From Terrimicrobiaceae bacterium (lineage in GTDB: Bacteria > Verrucomicrobiota > Verrucomicrobiia > Chthoniobacterales > Terrimicrobiaceae), in the NCBI GenBank assembly GCA_044342325.1, contig JBIIPZ010000058.1:1-13895 (forward strand): a DNA stretch of 13,895 nt. The letters run 5' to 3'. The notes under the pieces are model-generated. The model saw nothing but the letters and a program-made list of their open reading frames with translations. It had not been told where the DNA came from and did not search any database. Shown one piece after another: positions 1 to 7,452 of the stretch (position 1 is the stretch's first letter; every line of letters starts with the position of its first letter). A program made the position numbers and the translations under genes.

Positions 1-383
1 GCCGCCGCCACAACCTCCCGGGCCACGCTCGCCAAGAGCGGACAGTCCTTGAGTAAGGCTGAGCCTCCGTTGCGAGAAACGACTTTGTTCACCGGACAAC
101 CAAAATTCAGGTCGATAAAATCCGGCGAAACCCAGTCGATCACGGCTTTCACAGCCTCCGCCAAGCGCGAAGGATCGGCGCCGAAAAGCTGAATTCCCAG
201 CGGACGCTCCAGCGGTTGAAATTCCAAATACCGACGCGTGCGCTCATTGCGGTGCAGGATACCCTCGGCGGAAACAAACTCCGTCGTGAGAACATCCGCT
301 CCCAGGTTTTTGCAAAGGCTGCGAAAAACAGTATTCGTAACCCCGGCCATGGGGGCGAGAAAGAGCAGTGGCCCGGACGGCAT
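1..383 (-). CDS. dusB: tRNA-dihydrouridine synthase DusB family, N-terminal part (runs off the left edge; absent from the ORF track because no stop lies in the window)
   Basis: Manual translation from ATG at 383 gives MPSGPLLFLAPMAGVTNTVFRSLCK...TEFVSAEG...ERPLGIQLFGADP...DFIDLNFGCPVNKVVSRNGGSALLKD. It contains the Dus motifs LAPMAG, QLFG, D(L/I)NxGCP and GSALL. The start is 1 nt after the stop of the upstream ORF. Confidence 0.93.
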   Translation of the reverse strand, partial: MPSGPLLFLAPMAGVTNTVFRSLCKNLGADVLTTEFVSAEGILHRNERTRRYLEFQPLERPLGIQLFGADPSRLAEAVKAVIDWVSPDFIDLNFGCPVNKVVSRNGGSALLKDCPLLASVAREVVAA

Positions 384-384
384 G

Positions 385-876
385 TCAGAATCCGTGTTCC
401 AAAAGCGCACCCACCTCGCGCTGGACATCCGGAATTTGCTCAAAGCTGAGATGAGGATTTGCGATGACTATCGTCTCACCCGTGACGACGTGTTCGTAAA
501 CGAGCATGTCCTCGTCGCGGCTTGCCACAGGGCGAAGCATTTTTTTGCGTTCCAGCATGAGAGCCAGAATGTAGCAGGCATTTTTACGGGAAGGATCATT
601 CTCGCCGATCAAACGGCGCAGGAGCCCCTCAGCATCGTCCTTGGCCAGAGTCTCTGGAGCCGCAGCGGCGGGAGGCTCGTATTTGGAACGCCAAAATGAG
701 AAAGGCTGGATGTTGTCATTCCGGTTCTTCCAAGCCTCCTCACAGAGATCCTCCCGGCGGAAGCCATCGCCATGGCGAATCAACAGCGTGTAAAAGTGGT
801 CACCCTCTTGGAATTCGTATCCGGTGCGTGCGCAGGTGTGAGCGCGTGATTTGATCTCCCAGTCGGCTTGCATCAT
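385..876 (-). CDS. Conserved hypothetical protein (163 aa), possible degenerate Zn-ribbon N-terminus
   Basis: Fills the gap between the permease (4-nt ATGA overlap at 873-876) and dusB (1-nt gap). Protein-like composition with motifs HTCARTG, REDLCEEAW, FSFWRSKY and LALMLERKKMLR. Confidence 0.85.
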   Translation of the reverse strand: MMQADWEIKSRAHTCARTGYEFQEGDHFYTLLIRHGDGFRREDLCEEAWKNRNDNIQPFSFWRSKYEPPAAAAPETLAKDDAEGLLRRLIGENDPSRKNACYILALMLERKKMLRPVASRDEDMLVYEHVVTGETIVIANPHLSFEQIPDVQREVGALLEHGF

Positions 877-2003
877 GAAAGTCCAGGTATTTTAAACTTT
901 GGCATCTCGCGGTTTGTTGACTTCATCCAAAGAAGAACGAGACCCGCGATAAAGAAAGCAATCATCGGCCCCCAGGCGGCGGTGAAAGGCGAAACACGCC
1001 CGCCCTTGCCCAGAGCCACAAAGAGGCTGCTGACGAAAACAAGCGAGAAGAACAGGCCTATCGCCAGAGCCACACCGCCAAGAACCCCTCGCCGCGAGTA
1101 AACAATCCCGCAGGGTGCCGCCACAAAAATCACAAGAAAACAGACAGCAGGCATGGCCCAGCGGTAATACCAATGCGTGCGGTAGGCGGCCAAGCGATTC
1201 TCGGGAAAATCGGCGTTGTATTTCAGGTAGTCGTTCAACTCCGGCACGGAGAGAAAATCCGCATTGAGCATGGAACTCGAAATGCGCCACGGCGTCTCAG
1301 ACCATCCATCAACCGTGATATTTCCGGGCATTTCGCTTTTCAAAATATTCCCCTCCCTGTCCATCTCCACATACTTCCCGCCGAGGAGCGTCCATCGCGC
1401 CACAAGAGGATCGAAAACAGCCTCCCTTGCATACCACTGCTGAATAATGTTCCCGTCGGAATCCTGCTGGATGATTTGCACATCCTGCATGCGCTCGCCC
1501 CGCAGAGACATGCGGGCCACAAACCAAGTGCGAAGGTCCTCCCTGTTGCGAAAGAGGTGGCCTTTCATAGTTTTATCGCTCTTTTTTCCGCGCTTGATGT
1601 CGCCAACGATGACTTTTTTCATCCCGGTCGCATGCGGTGCGCCCTCGTAGTTAAAAAAAGCGGTAACGCCAGTGAGCAACACCCCAACAAGGAGCAAGGG
1701 CGTGAGAATCCGCAAAATACTCCTCCCAGCGCCCAGCATCGAAATAATCTCATTCGAGCGAGACATGCCCGCGAGCGAGTAAAGCAAAGCCAAAAGCGTG
1801 GCCAATGGCATGGCAATAACGATGATTTCCGGAACCTGCGAAGCGTAGTAGTCGATGAGCGCCTCGGCAGACGCCTGACCTTGGATAAAATCCTGCAAGT
1901 TGTCAGCGAGGTCGAAAATGAACCAGATGCCTACAAACCCGCCAAAGCAGTAAAGAAAAGGAACGGAAAATTTCCGCAAAACATAGCGGTCAAGGGTCGT
2001 CAT
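873..2003 (-). CDS. LPS export ABC transporter permease, LptF/LptG (YjgP/YjgQ) family
   Basis: 376 aa. Starts MTTLDRYVLR, has three N-terminal TM segments, the SRSNEIISMLGAGRS motif, a periplasmic beta-rich domain (WYAREAVFD...WTL), and three C-terminal TMs ending in AAWGPMIAF. More LptG-like, but F versus G cannot be settled by eye. Confidence 0.92.
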   Translation of the reverse strand: MTTLDRYVLRKFSVPFLYCFGGFVGIWFIFDLADNLQDFIQGQASAEALIDYYASQVPEIIVIAMPLATLLALLYSLAGMSRSNEIISMLGAGRSILRILTPLLLVGVLLTGVTAFFNYEGAPHATGMKKVIVGDIKRGKKSDKTMKGHLFRNREDLRTWFVARMSLRGERMQDVQIIQQDSDGNIIQQWYAREAVFDPLVARWTLLGGKYVEMDREGNILKSEMPGNITVDGWSETPWRISSSMLNADFLSVPELNDYLKYNADFPENRLAAYRTHWYYRWAMPAVCFLVIFVAAPCGIVYSRRGVLGGVALAIGLFFSLVFVSSLFVALGKGGRVSPFTAAWGPMIAFFIAGLVLLWMKSTNREMPKFKIPGLS

Positions 2004-2017
2004 CTGGCAAGGCGGGA

Positions 2018-2046
2018 ACCCTATCTTCGCAGCAGGTCGGCGTCAA
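2018..2046 (-). promoter_or_regulatory. Putative sigma70-type internal promoter for the LptF/G permease
   Basis: Minus strand: TTGACG (2046-2041), 17-nt spacer, TAGGGT (2023-2018), then 14 nt to the ATG at 2003. The -35 contains the TGA stop of the upstream gene. Confidence 0.55.
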
Positions 2047-2702
2047 CGATTGGGCAAGCCGCCTTGATCCGACTCTCTTCCACTTAGAAAAAACACTTCG
2101 CATCCCGCCTGTGACGCGATGAGGCGAACTTTTTCTTGGAGTTCTTGTTCAGCCTGTTTCATGAGTCCGCCCTCCAGCAACTCGCGCTTGGCTCGGCGCT
2201 CCAGCGATCTCGAGATCCTTGTTTGCAAGCGCTCGGGCATTGTATCCCACACCAAATCCTCGGGATCGAACTGGACAGGCGCGGTCACCTCAAGACGGAG
2301 GATTTTGATCTGCGGCAAGCTCACATCGGCGATCGCCCCACCGCGCCGGACATTGATTTGAAGGGGTTCACGGAAGAATATTCCGCCCTCTGCTTGAAAA
2401 TCAGCTCCAGCTGAGAAATCCCCGCCGCCCGGCTTTTGCCCAGCGAAACTTTCCCGCACGCTGACCTTCCCGCTTGAAAGAACGAGGCTTTCCAATTCGC
2501 TTTTTTGCGAAAAAAGGACGCCGGCATTGGCAAGAATCCTGGGCGAAACTCCCAACGACTCCTGAAATTTCTCATGCAGGAGGTTTGCCGTCCGCACGGC
2601 GGCATCCATCGGCTTGATGAAGAACTCCCAAGAGACCCAGGCAGTAAGAGAGGTGATGAGGAGAGCCCCGCCGAAGGAGAGCCAGAAAAGTCGTGATCCC
2701 AT
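2043..2702 (-). CDS. DUF4230-like single-pass membrane protein (219 aa)
   Basis: The ATG at 2702 overlaps the ispA stop (TAATG), so the track's extension to 2981 is not used. N-terminal TM (LFWLSFGGALLITSLTAWVSWEFFI), a beta-rich middle with 'ADVSLPQIKIL', and a C-terminal helix 'AKRELLEGGLMKQAEQELQEKVRLI' resembling DUF4230 proteins. Family call is by recognition only. Confidence 0.65.
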   Translation of the reverse strand: MGSRLFWLSFGGALLITSLTAWVSWEFFIKPMDAAVRTANLLHEKFQESLGVSPRILANAGVLFSQKSELESLVLSSGKVSVRESFAGQKPGGGDFSAGADFQAEGGIFFREPLQINVRRGGAIADVSLPQIKILRLEVTAPVQFDPEDLVWDTMPERLQTRISRSLERRAKRELLEGGLMKQAEQELQEKVRLIASQAGCEVFFLSGRESDQGGLPNR

Positions 2703-3583
2703 TAGAATTCGCGGCTGAGAAGGTAGTCCGAAATGCCCCGGAGGAAAGCGGCCCGCTCGCCGAAGGGCTTCAGGGAGTGGAGGGCGAGTTTCGTGTGGCG
2801 CGCAGCTTCCTTGCGGGATTTCTCCAAACCAAAAATGGCCGGATAGGTAGCCTTGCCCGCCGCGACATCCTTGCCGGCGCTTTTGCCGAGCTGTTCGCTC
2901 GTTTGAGTGATGTCCAGAATGTCGTCCACAATCTGGAATGCCAAACCAAGGTGCGTGCCAAACTTCCCAAGCGAGCGGCATTCAGCGGCAGTGGCATCCG
3001 CAGTCATAGCTCCAAGACGCAGGCTCACAGAGATCATCGCAGCCGTCTTGCCTCGATGGATGAATTCCAACCCCGCCGGGCTGACCTTTTGCTTCTCCGC
3101 TTCGACATCCGCCACCTGGCCGCCGATGAGATGCGAACTCCCGGCCGCTTGGGAAAGCTCTCGCAGGAAATCCGCCATTCCGTGGCGGGCGGTTGTTTTC
3201 GTGCGGGCCAGAATCTCAAACGCAACCGTCAAAAGAGCATCACCGGTTAAGACGGCCACGCCTTCGCCGAATGCCTTGTGTGTCGTTGGACGCCCACGGC
3301 GGAGGTCGTCGTCATCCATGCAAGGCAGGTCGTCATGGACGAGCGAGTAGGTGTGAATGCACTCGATGGCACAAGCGGCAGGCATGGCTAAGGAAATATT
3401 GCCGCCACAAGCCTCGGCAGCCACTAGGCAGAGGACAGGACGCAAACGCTTGCCACCCGCAAAGACGCTGTAGCGCATCGCGGTGTGCAGGGTCTTTGGT
3501 TTCGTGCTGGCATCCGGCAACCACCGGTCCAATGCCTGATCCACCTTTTTGTGAAGGGATTCGAGGCGGCATTTCACATTCAT
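2702..3583 (-). CDS. ispA: Short-chain polyprenyl diphosphate synthase (farnesyl/geranylgeranyl-PP synthase), 293 aa
   Basis: Motifs GGKRLRP, FARM HTYSLVHDDLPCMDDDDLRRGRPT, GQxxD, KT, SARM FQIVDDILD, and GKDxxxGKATYP. Tyr at -5 of the FARM suggests a C15-C20 product. Start chosen at MNVKCRL (3583) to match typical IspA length. Confidence 0.92.
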   Translation of the reverse strand: MNVKCRLESLHKKVDQALDRWLPDASTKPKTLHTAMRYSVFAGGKRLRPVLCLVAAEACGGNISLAMPAACAIECIHTYSLVHDDLPCMDDDDLRRGRPTTHKAFGEGVAVLTGDALLTVAFEILARTKTTARHGMADFLRELSQAAGSSHLIGGQVADVEAEKQKVSPAGLEFIHRGKTAAMISVSLRLGAMTADATAAECRSLGKFGTHLGLAFQIVDDILDITQTSEQLGKSAGKDVAAGKATYPAIFGLEKSRKEAARHTKLALHSLKPFGERAAFLRGISDYLLSREF

Positions 3584-3745
3584 CGGCTGGTATTTCAAAG
3601 CAAGAGCGCAGCGACACATAGTCACGCGCGCCCTCGACGACAATATCCAACTCGAATACCTATTAAATCGTGAATCCTCTGCAGTCTCTTTGAACCCCAA
3701 TCCCATCCTATTATCGCCCCTTTCTTGAGGCCCGCTCTCCATGGC

Positions 3746-3774
3746 TTGCGCGAGCCAAAGCAAGTTTGTATTGT
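3746..3774 (+). promoter_or_regulatory. Putative sigma70-type promoter of the Rpn gene (leaderless geometry)
   Basis: TTGCGC (3746-3751), 17-nt spacer, TATTGT (3769-3774), then 7 nt to ATG 3782. No Shine-Dalgarno present. Confidence 0.55.
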
Positions 3775-3781
3775 GCCCGAT

Positions 3782-4681
3782 ATGCGCTACTTGGATCCCA
3801 AGAACGATCTCACTTTCAAGAAGGTGTTTGGCCAGCATCCACACCTTCTCAAGAGCTTTCTCAACGCGCTGTTGCCGTTAGAGCCAGACGCCCAGATCGA
3901 AGATCTTGAGTATCTTCCCAGCGAGTTGGTTCCTGAAGTCCCGGAGACACGAAACAGTATCGTGGATGTTCGTTGTGTGGATCAGAAAAAGCGCCAATTC
4001 ATCGTCGAGATGCAGATGCTTTGGACCGATAGCTTCATGAACCGGGTGCTCTTCAACGCCTCGAAGGCGTATGTGAAGCAGCTGAAAACCGGCCAAGAAT
4101 ACCACCTGCTCCAACCAGTCTATTCCCTCAACCTCGTTGATGACACCTTCATCAAAGACACCCCCGAGTGGTATCACCACTACCGGATTGTCCATGCCCT
4201 GGATACAGGCCGCCAGATCGAAGGGCTGGAATTCGTCTTTGTGGAGTTGCCCAAGTTTCGTCCGCAGACGATGCCCGAGAAGCGTCTGCAAGTGCTATGG
4301 CTGCGGTATCTCACCGAAGTCGGTGAGAAGTCGGCGGAGGTTTCCACCGATCTCCTCGCACAGCAAGAGGTGCGCGAGGCGGTGGAATATGTGAAGGAAT
4401 CCGGCTTCAGTGAAGGCGAACTGGCGGCCTACGAGAAATACTGGGACGGCGTAAGCGTCGAGCGCACGCTCCTCGCCGATGCCCTCGCCGAAGGCGAAGC
4501 GAAGGGGCGCGCAGAAGGCAAGCTACTCGGCCAACAAGTGGCGGCACTCAAAATGTTGCGCAAGGGATTTGGAGTTCAGGAGGTCGCCGCTCTGCTTGAG
4601 ATCGATGAGGCAGAAGTTCTCCGGCTTTCGAAACTTCTCCAAGAGTTCGGCCCAGCGGCCGAAGAACACTGCGGGCGCTGA
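3782..4681 (+). CDS. Rpn family recombination-promoting nuclease / putative transposase (PD-(D/E)XK, PDDEXK_2 type), 299 aa
   Basis: Typical start MRYLDPKNDLTFKKVFG, catalytic region SIVDVRC...FIVEMQ, then R(V)LFNASKAY, LEFVFVELPKF, WLxYL, a C-terminal EGxxxG repeat (AEGEAKGRAEG) and the helical tail ALKMLRKGFGVQEVAALL. Confidence 0.9.
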   Translation: MRYLDPKNDLTFKKVFGQHPHLLKSFLNALLPLEPDAQIEDLEYLPSELVPEVPETRNSIVDVRCVDQKKRQFIVEMQMLWTDSFMNRVLFNASKAYVKQLKTGQEYHLLQPVYSLNLVDDTFIKDTPEWYHHYRIVHALDTGRQIEGLEFVFVELPKFRPQTMPEKRLQVLWLRYLTEVGEKSAEVSTDLLAQQEVREAVEYVKESGFSEGELAAYEKYWDGVSVERTLLADALAEGEAKGRAEGKLLGQQVAALKMLRKGFGVQEVAALLEIDEAEVLRLSKLLQEFGPAAEEHCGR

Positions 4682-4780
4682 GCACCGGAAAAACTGCAAA
4701 CGCTCCTCTAGCGGCGTGTCAAATTTCCTCAAACTTAAGACTCCCCTCACCCGCTTCCTCAATGCAAAATATCCTCCCTC

Positions 4781-5368
4781 ATGCCGCAGCTCAAAATTGC
4801 CGTCCTCGGTTCTGGAAAAGGTTCCAACTTCCGCGCCATCCTCTCAGCGATCATGGCGGGACACCTGAGAGTCACACCCGTCCTCGCGGCGTCCGATGTG
4901 GCCGATGCCGGCATTCTCACACTCGCTGACAATCTCGGAATTCCAACGACAACAATCCACGAGGCAAAATACCGAACCCGCCTTTCCGATGAGGTGGAGT
5001 CCGCGCTCGTCAAAGAACTCCAGGCATCCCGCGCCGACCTGATCGTTCTCGCAGGCTACATGCGCCTCGTCAAAAGCCCTCTTCTCGAAGCCTTCCCTCG
5101 CCGCATTATCAATATCCACCCCTCGCTTCTGCCTTCCTTTCCAGGTCTGGAGGCCTGGAAACAAGCGCTCTCAGCCGGGGTGAAGACGACCGGTTGCACG
5201 GTGCATTTTGTGGACTCCGGCATGGATACCGGCGAGATCATCGCCCAATCCCCAATAAACATCCTGCCCGGAGACACCCCGGAGACACTCCACGCGCGCA
5301 TCCAGGAGGCGGAGCATCAACTTTATCCCGAAGTCCTCGCCCGCTTCGCCCGCAGGGAGCTTCCATGA
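4781..5368 (+). CDS. purN: Phosphoribosylglycinamide formyltransferase
   Basis: 195 aa with IAVLGSGKGSNF, DLIVLAGYMR, INIHPSLLPSFPG, GCTVHFVDSGMDTGEII and EAEHQLYP. Confidence 0.96.
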   Translation: MPQLKIAVLGSGKGSNFRAILSAIMAGHLRVTPVLAASDVADAGILTLADNLGIPTTTIHEAKYRTRLSDEVESALVKELQASRADLIVLAGYMRLVKSPLLEAFPRRIINIHPSLLPSFPGLEAWKQALSAGVKTTGCTVHFVDSGMDTGEIIAQSPINILPGDTPETLHARIQEAEHQLYPEVLARFARRELP

Positions 5369-7371
5369 GCCGCTTCCGTCTCTACGACCTCAATCCCGAA
5401 CAACAAAGCGCCGCCACCCACGAGAACGGCCCACTGCTCATCCTCGCAGGCGCGGGAACCGGAAAAACCCGCACCATCGTGGCCCGCATCACCTGGCTCG
5501 TCTCGACGGGAACCCCTGCCTCCAAAATTCTGGCCGTCACTTTCACCAACAAAGCAGCCCGCGAAATGAAAGAGCGTATCCGGGGAATGCTCAACGAGGA
5601 GCAAGCCGACGAGATCACGGCATCCACATTCCATGCCCTCTGCGTGAGGATTCTCCGCGCCGATGCCGACAAGATCGGCTACAAAAACAACTTCACCATT
5701 TTCGACGAGGGCGACCAACTCGGGCTCATCAAAAAAGTCATCAACCGCGTCACAGCGAAGGATGAAAAACTCGATCCCGGCCTGGCGAAAAACCTCATCA
5801 GCAAAGCCAAGAACAACGGCTGGGCCGCACCACAAGATGACGAGACTGTCATCGGAGCGGTTTACGCACGCTACAACCGCGAGCTCCATGCCTTGAATGC
5901 CATGGATTTCGACGACCTGCTCGTGCAAGCCGTGCGACTTCTCAACGAGCACCAGGATGTCCGCGACAAATGGCGCGCCCGCTACAGCCAGATGATGGTC
6001 GATGAATTCCAAGATACCAACCGCCTGCAGCTCGATCTAGTAAGCCTACTCGCAGCGGGCGACCCGCCGAATGTCTGCGTGGTGGGCGATGACGACCAGA
6101 GCATCTACGGGTGGCGCGGAGCCGAGGTGTCGAACATCCTCGAGTTTGAAAAACATTTCCCGAATCCGAAGGTCATACGCCTCGAGCAAAACTACCGCAG
6201 CACGAATCCCATTCTCACCACGGCCAACCGGCTCATCAAAAATAACCCCCGCCGCCGCGTGAAAAACCTCTGGAGTTCCGTCCCAGGAGGCGATCCGGTG
6301 CATGTCGTAGCCGTGGCAGATGATAAGACAGAAGCCGAATTTGTGGTTGGCGAGGCCGGAGCCATCCGCAATGCAAGCGGCATCCCGTGGGAGCACTTCG
6401 CGGTGATTTACCGCATGAATGCCCAATCCCGACTCCTCGAGGAAAACCTGCGCCGCATGAAAATTCCCTACCGGCTCGTTGGCGGAAAAAGTTTTTTCGA
6501 CCGGCGCGAGATAAAGGATATCCTAGCCACCATCACCTGCCTCATCAACCCGCAGGATGACATCTCCCTCCTTCGCATCATCAATACCCCGCCGCGCGGC
6601 ATCGGTGCCACATCGGTGGAGATCGCGCTCGAGCATAGTGCCAAGGCCCACCGCAGCCTCTTTGAAACGCTCACCGATCCCGCCTTTGAGCCGGAGGTAA
6701 CACGCAAGACAGCTGCAGCCATCCGCAAATTCGCCGAAGACCTCGCGGCCGCACGCATCCACCTCCTCACGCCCGGAGCGGATGCGTTTGCCATCGTGAA
6801 CGGCTACCTTTCTGAAACCGGCTACTTTGAAGATCTCAAAAATTCCTGCAAGACGCCCGAGGAGGCCCTCAACCGCGAGTCGGGCGCGAAGGAGATTCTC
6901 AACGCCCTGGCAACCCACCAATCGAAAAAGCGCGGCAGCGTGCAGGATTTCCTCGACGAACTCTCGCTTAATCGCGAGCGCGAGGAGGATAAAAAAGACG
7001 ACGCCACAGGACTTACCCTCATCACGCTCCACGCCGCCAAGGGGCTTGAGTTCCCGCATGTTTTTCTCATTGGTGCGGAGGATGGACTCCTCCCCCACGA
7101 GCGCTCGAAATCCGAGGGCACGGTCGATGAGGAAAGGCGGCTTTTCTATGTCGGCATTACCCGCGCCATGAAGTCTCTCACGATCACTCATTGCCGGAAC
7201 CGCATGAAGTTCGGCTCCGCCATGAGTTGCCGTCCCAGCCCATTTCTCAAAGAAATCGAAGGCGACAGCGTGCTCTCGGAATCCCACGAGGACATCATGT
7301 CCCGCCCCGTCGCCGAAGAGGATCTCGCAGCATCCTTTGCCAGCCTCCGCGCGATGCTTGCCGCCGACTGA
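5365..7371 (+). CDS. rep: SF1A ATP-dependent DNA helicase of the UvrD/Rep/PcrA family, Rep-like (668 aa)
   Basis: Motifs LNPEQ, AGAGTGKT, TFTNKAAREM, VDEFQDTN, VGDDDQSIYGWRGA, LEQNYRS, TLHAAKGLEF and EERRLFYVGITRA. ATG 5365 overlaps the purN stop (ATGA). No C-terminal Tudor-like domain. The family call is secure; the Rep subtype is an inference. Confidence 0.9.
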   Translation: MSRFRLYDLNPEQQSAATHENGPLLILAGAGTGKTRTIVARITWLVSTGTPASKILAVTFTNKAAREMKERIRGMLNEEQADEITASTFHALCVRILRADADKIGYKNNFTIFDEGDQLGLIKKVINRVTAKDEKLDPGLAKNLISKAKNNGWAAPQDDETVIGAVYARYNRELHALNAMDFDDLLVQAVRLLNEHQDVRDKWRARYSQMMVDEFQDTNRLQLDLVSLLAAGDPPNVCVVGDDDQSIYGWRGAEVSNILEFEKHFPNPKVIRLEQNYRSTNPILTTANRLIKNNPRRRVKNLWSSVPGGDPVHVVAVADDKTEAEFVVGEAGAIRNASGIPWEHFAVIYRMNAQSRLLEENLRRMKIPYRLVGGKSFFDRREIKDILATITCLINPQDDISLLRIINTPPRGIGATSVEIALEHSAKAHRSLFETLTDPAFEPEVTRKTAAAIRKFAEDLAAARIHLLTPGADAFAIVNGYLSETGYFEDLKNSCKTPEEALNRESGAKEILNALATHQSKKRGSVQDFLDELSLNREREEDKKDDATGLTLITLHAAKGLEFPHVFLIGAEDGLLPHERSKSEGTVDEERRLFYVGITRAMKSLTITHCRNRMKFGSAMSCRPSPFLKEIEGDSVLSESHEDIMSRPVAEEDLAASFASLRAMLAAD

Positions 7372-7385
7372 AAGGCTTCAGGACC

Positions 7386-7436
7386 AAAAAAGTTAGGCCG
7401 GCATCCTGAGGTCTAGATTTTTTCAGCGTCCGGCCT
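7386..7436 (-). terminator. Putative intrinsic terminator hairpin between convergent transcription units
   Basis: Inverted repeat AGGCCGG (7395-7401) / CCGGCCT (7430-7436) with an inner CTGA/TCAG stem. On the minus strand it is followed after 3 nt by a T6 tract (A6 at 7386-7391 on +). Confidence 0.55.
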
Positions 7437-7452
7437 CGAATTGCAGTTTGGA

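Noticed and set aside
1173..2087. 304-aa plus-strand ORF
   Set aside because: Lies antisense to the well-supported LptF/G gene and has no recognisable motifs; typical shadow ORF in GC-rich DNA.
2703..2981. N-terminal extension of the DUF4230-like ORF
   Set aside because: It overlaps ispA in another frame; ATG 2702 gives stop/start coupling and an N-terminal TM.
3584..3844. N-terminal extension of ispA in the ORF track (start 3844)
   Set aside because: It would overlap the divergent Rpn gene and promoter, and IspA similarity begins near 3583.
4694..4709. PurR-box-like sequence CTGCAAACGCTCCTCT upstream of purN
   Set aside because: Only the left half (GCAAACG) matches; it is not palindromic, and there is no evidence for an E. 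coli-type PurR here.
3584..4780. IS-type terminal inverted repeats or target-site duplication around the Rpn gene
   Set aside because: None found by eye, so the region is not annotated as a delimited mobile element.
5194..5364. N-terminal extension of the helicase
   Set aside because: It lies inside purN; ATG 5365 gives the canonical position of the LNPEQ motif.
5323..7287. Long minus-strand ORFs (229, 126 and 254 aa) opposite the helicase
   Set aside because: Antisense shadows caused by codon bias; no motifs or plausible expression signals.
7372..7452. Replication origin or dif site at the skew flip
   Set aside because: Only 81 bp, with no DnaA boxes, AT-rich unwinding element or XerC/D-like site recognised, and the skew fades within about 3 kb to the right.
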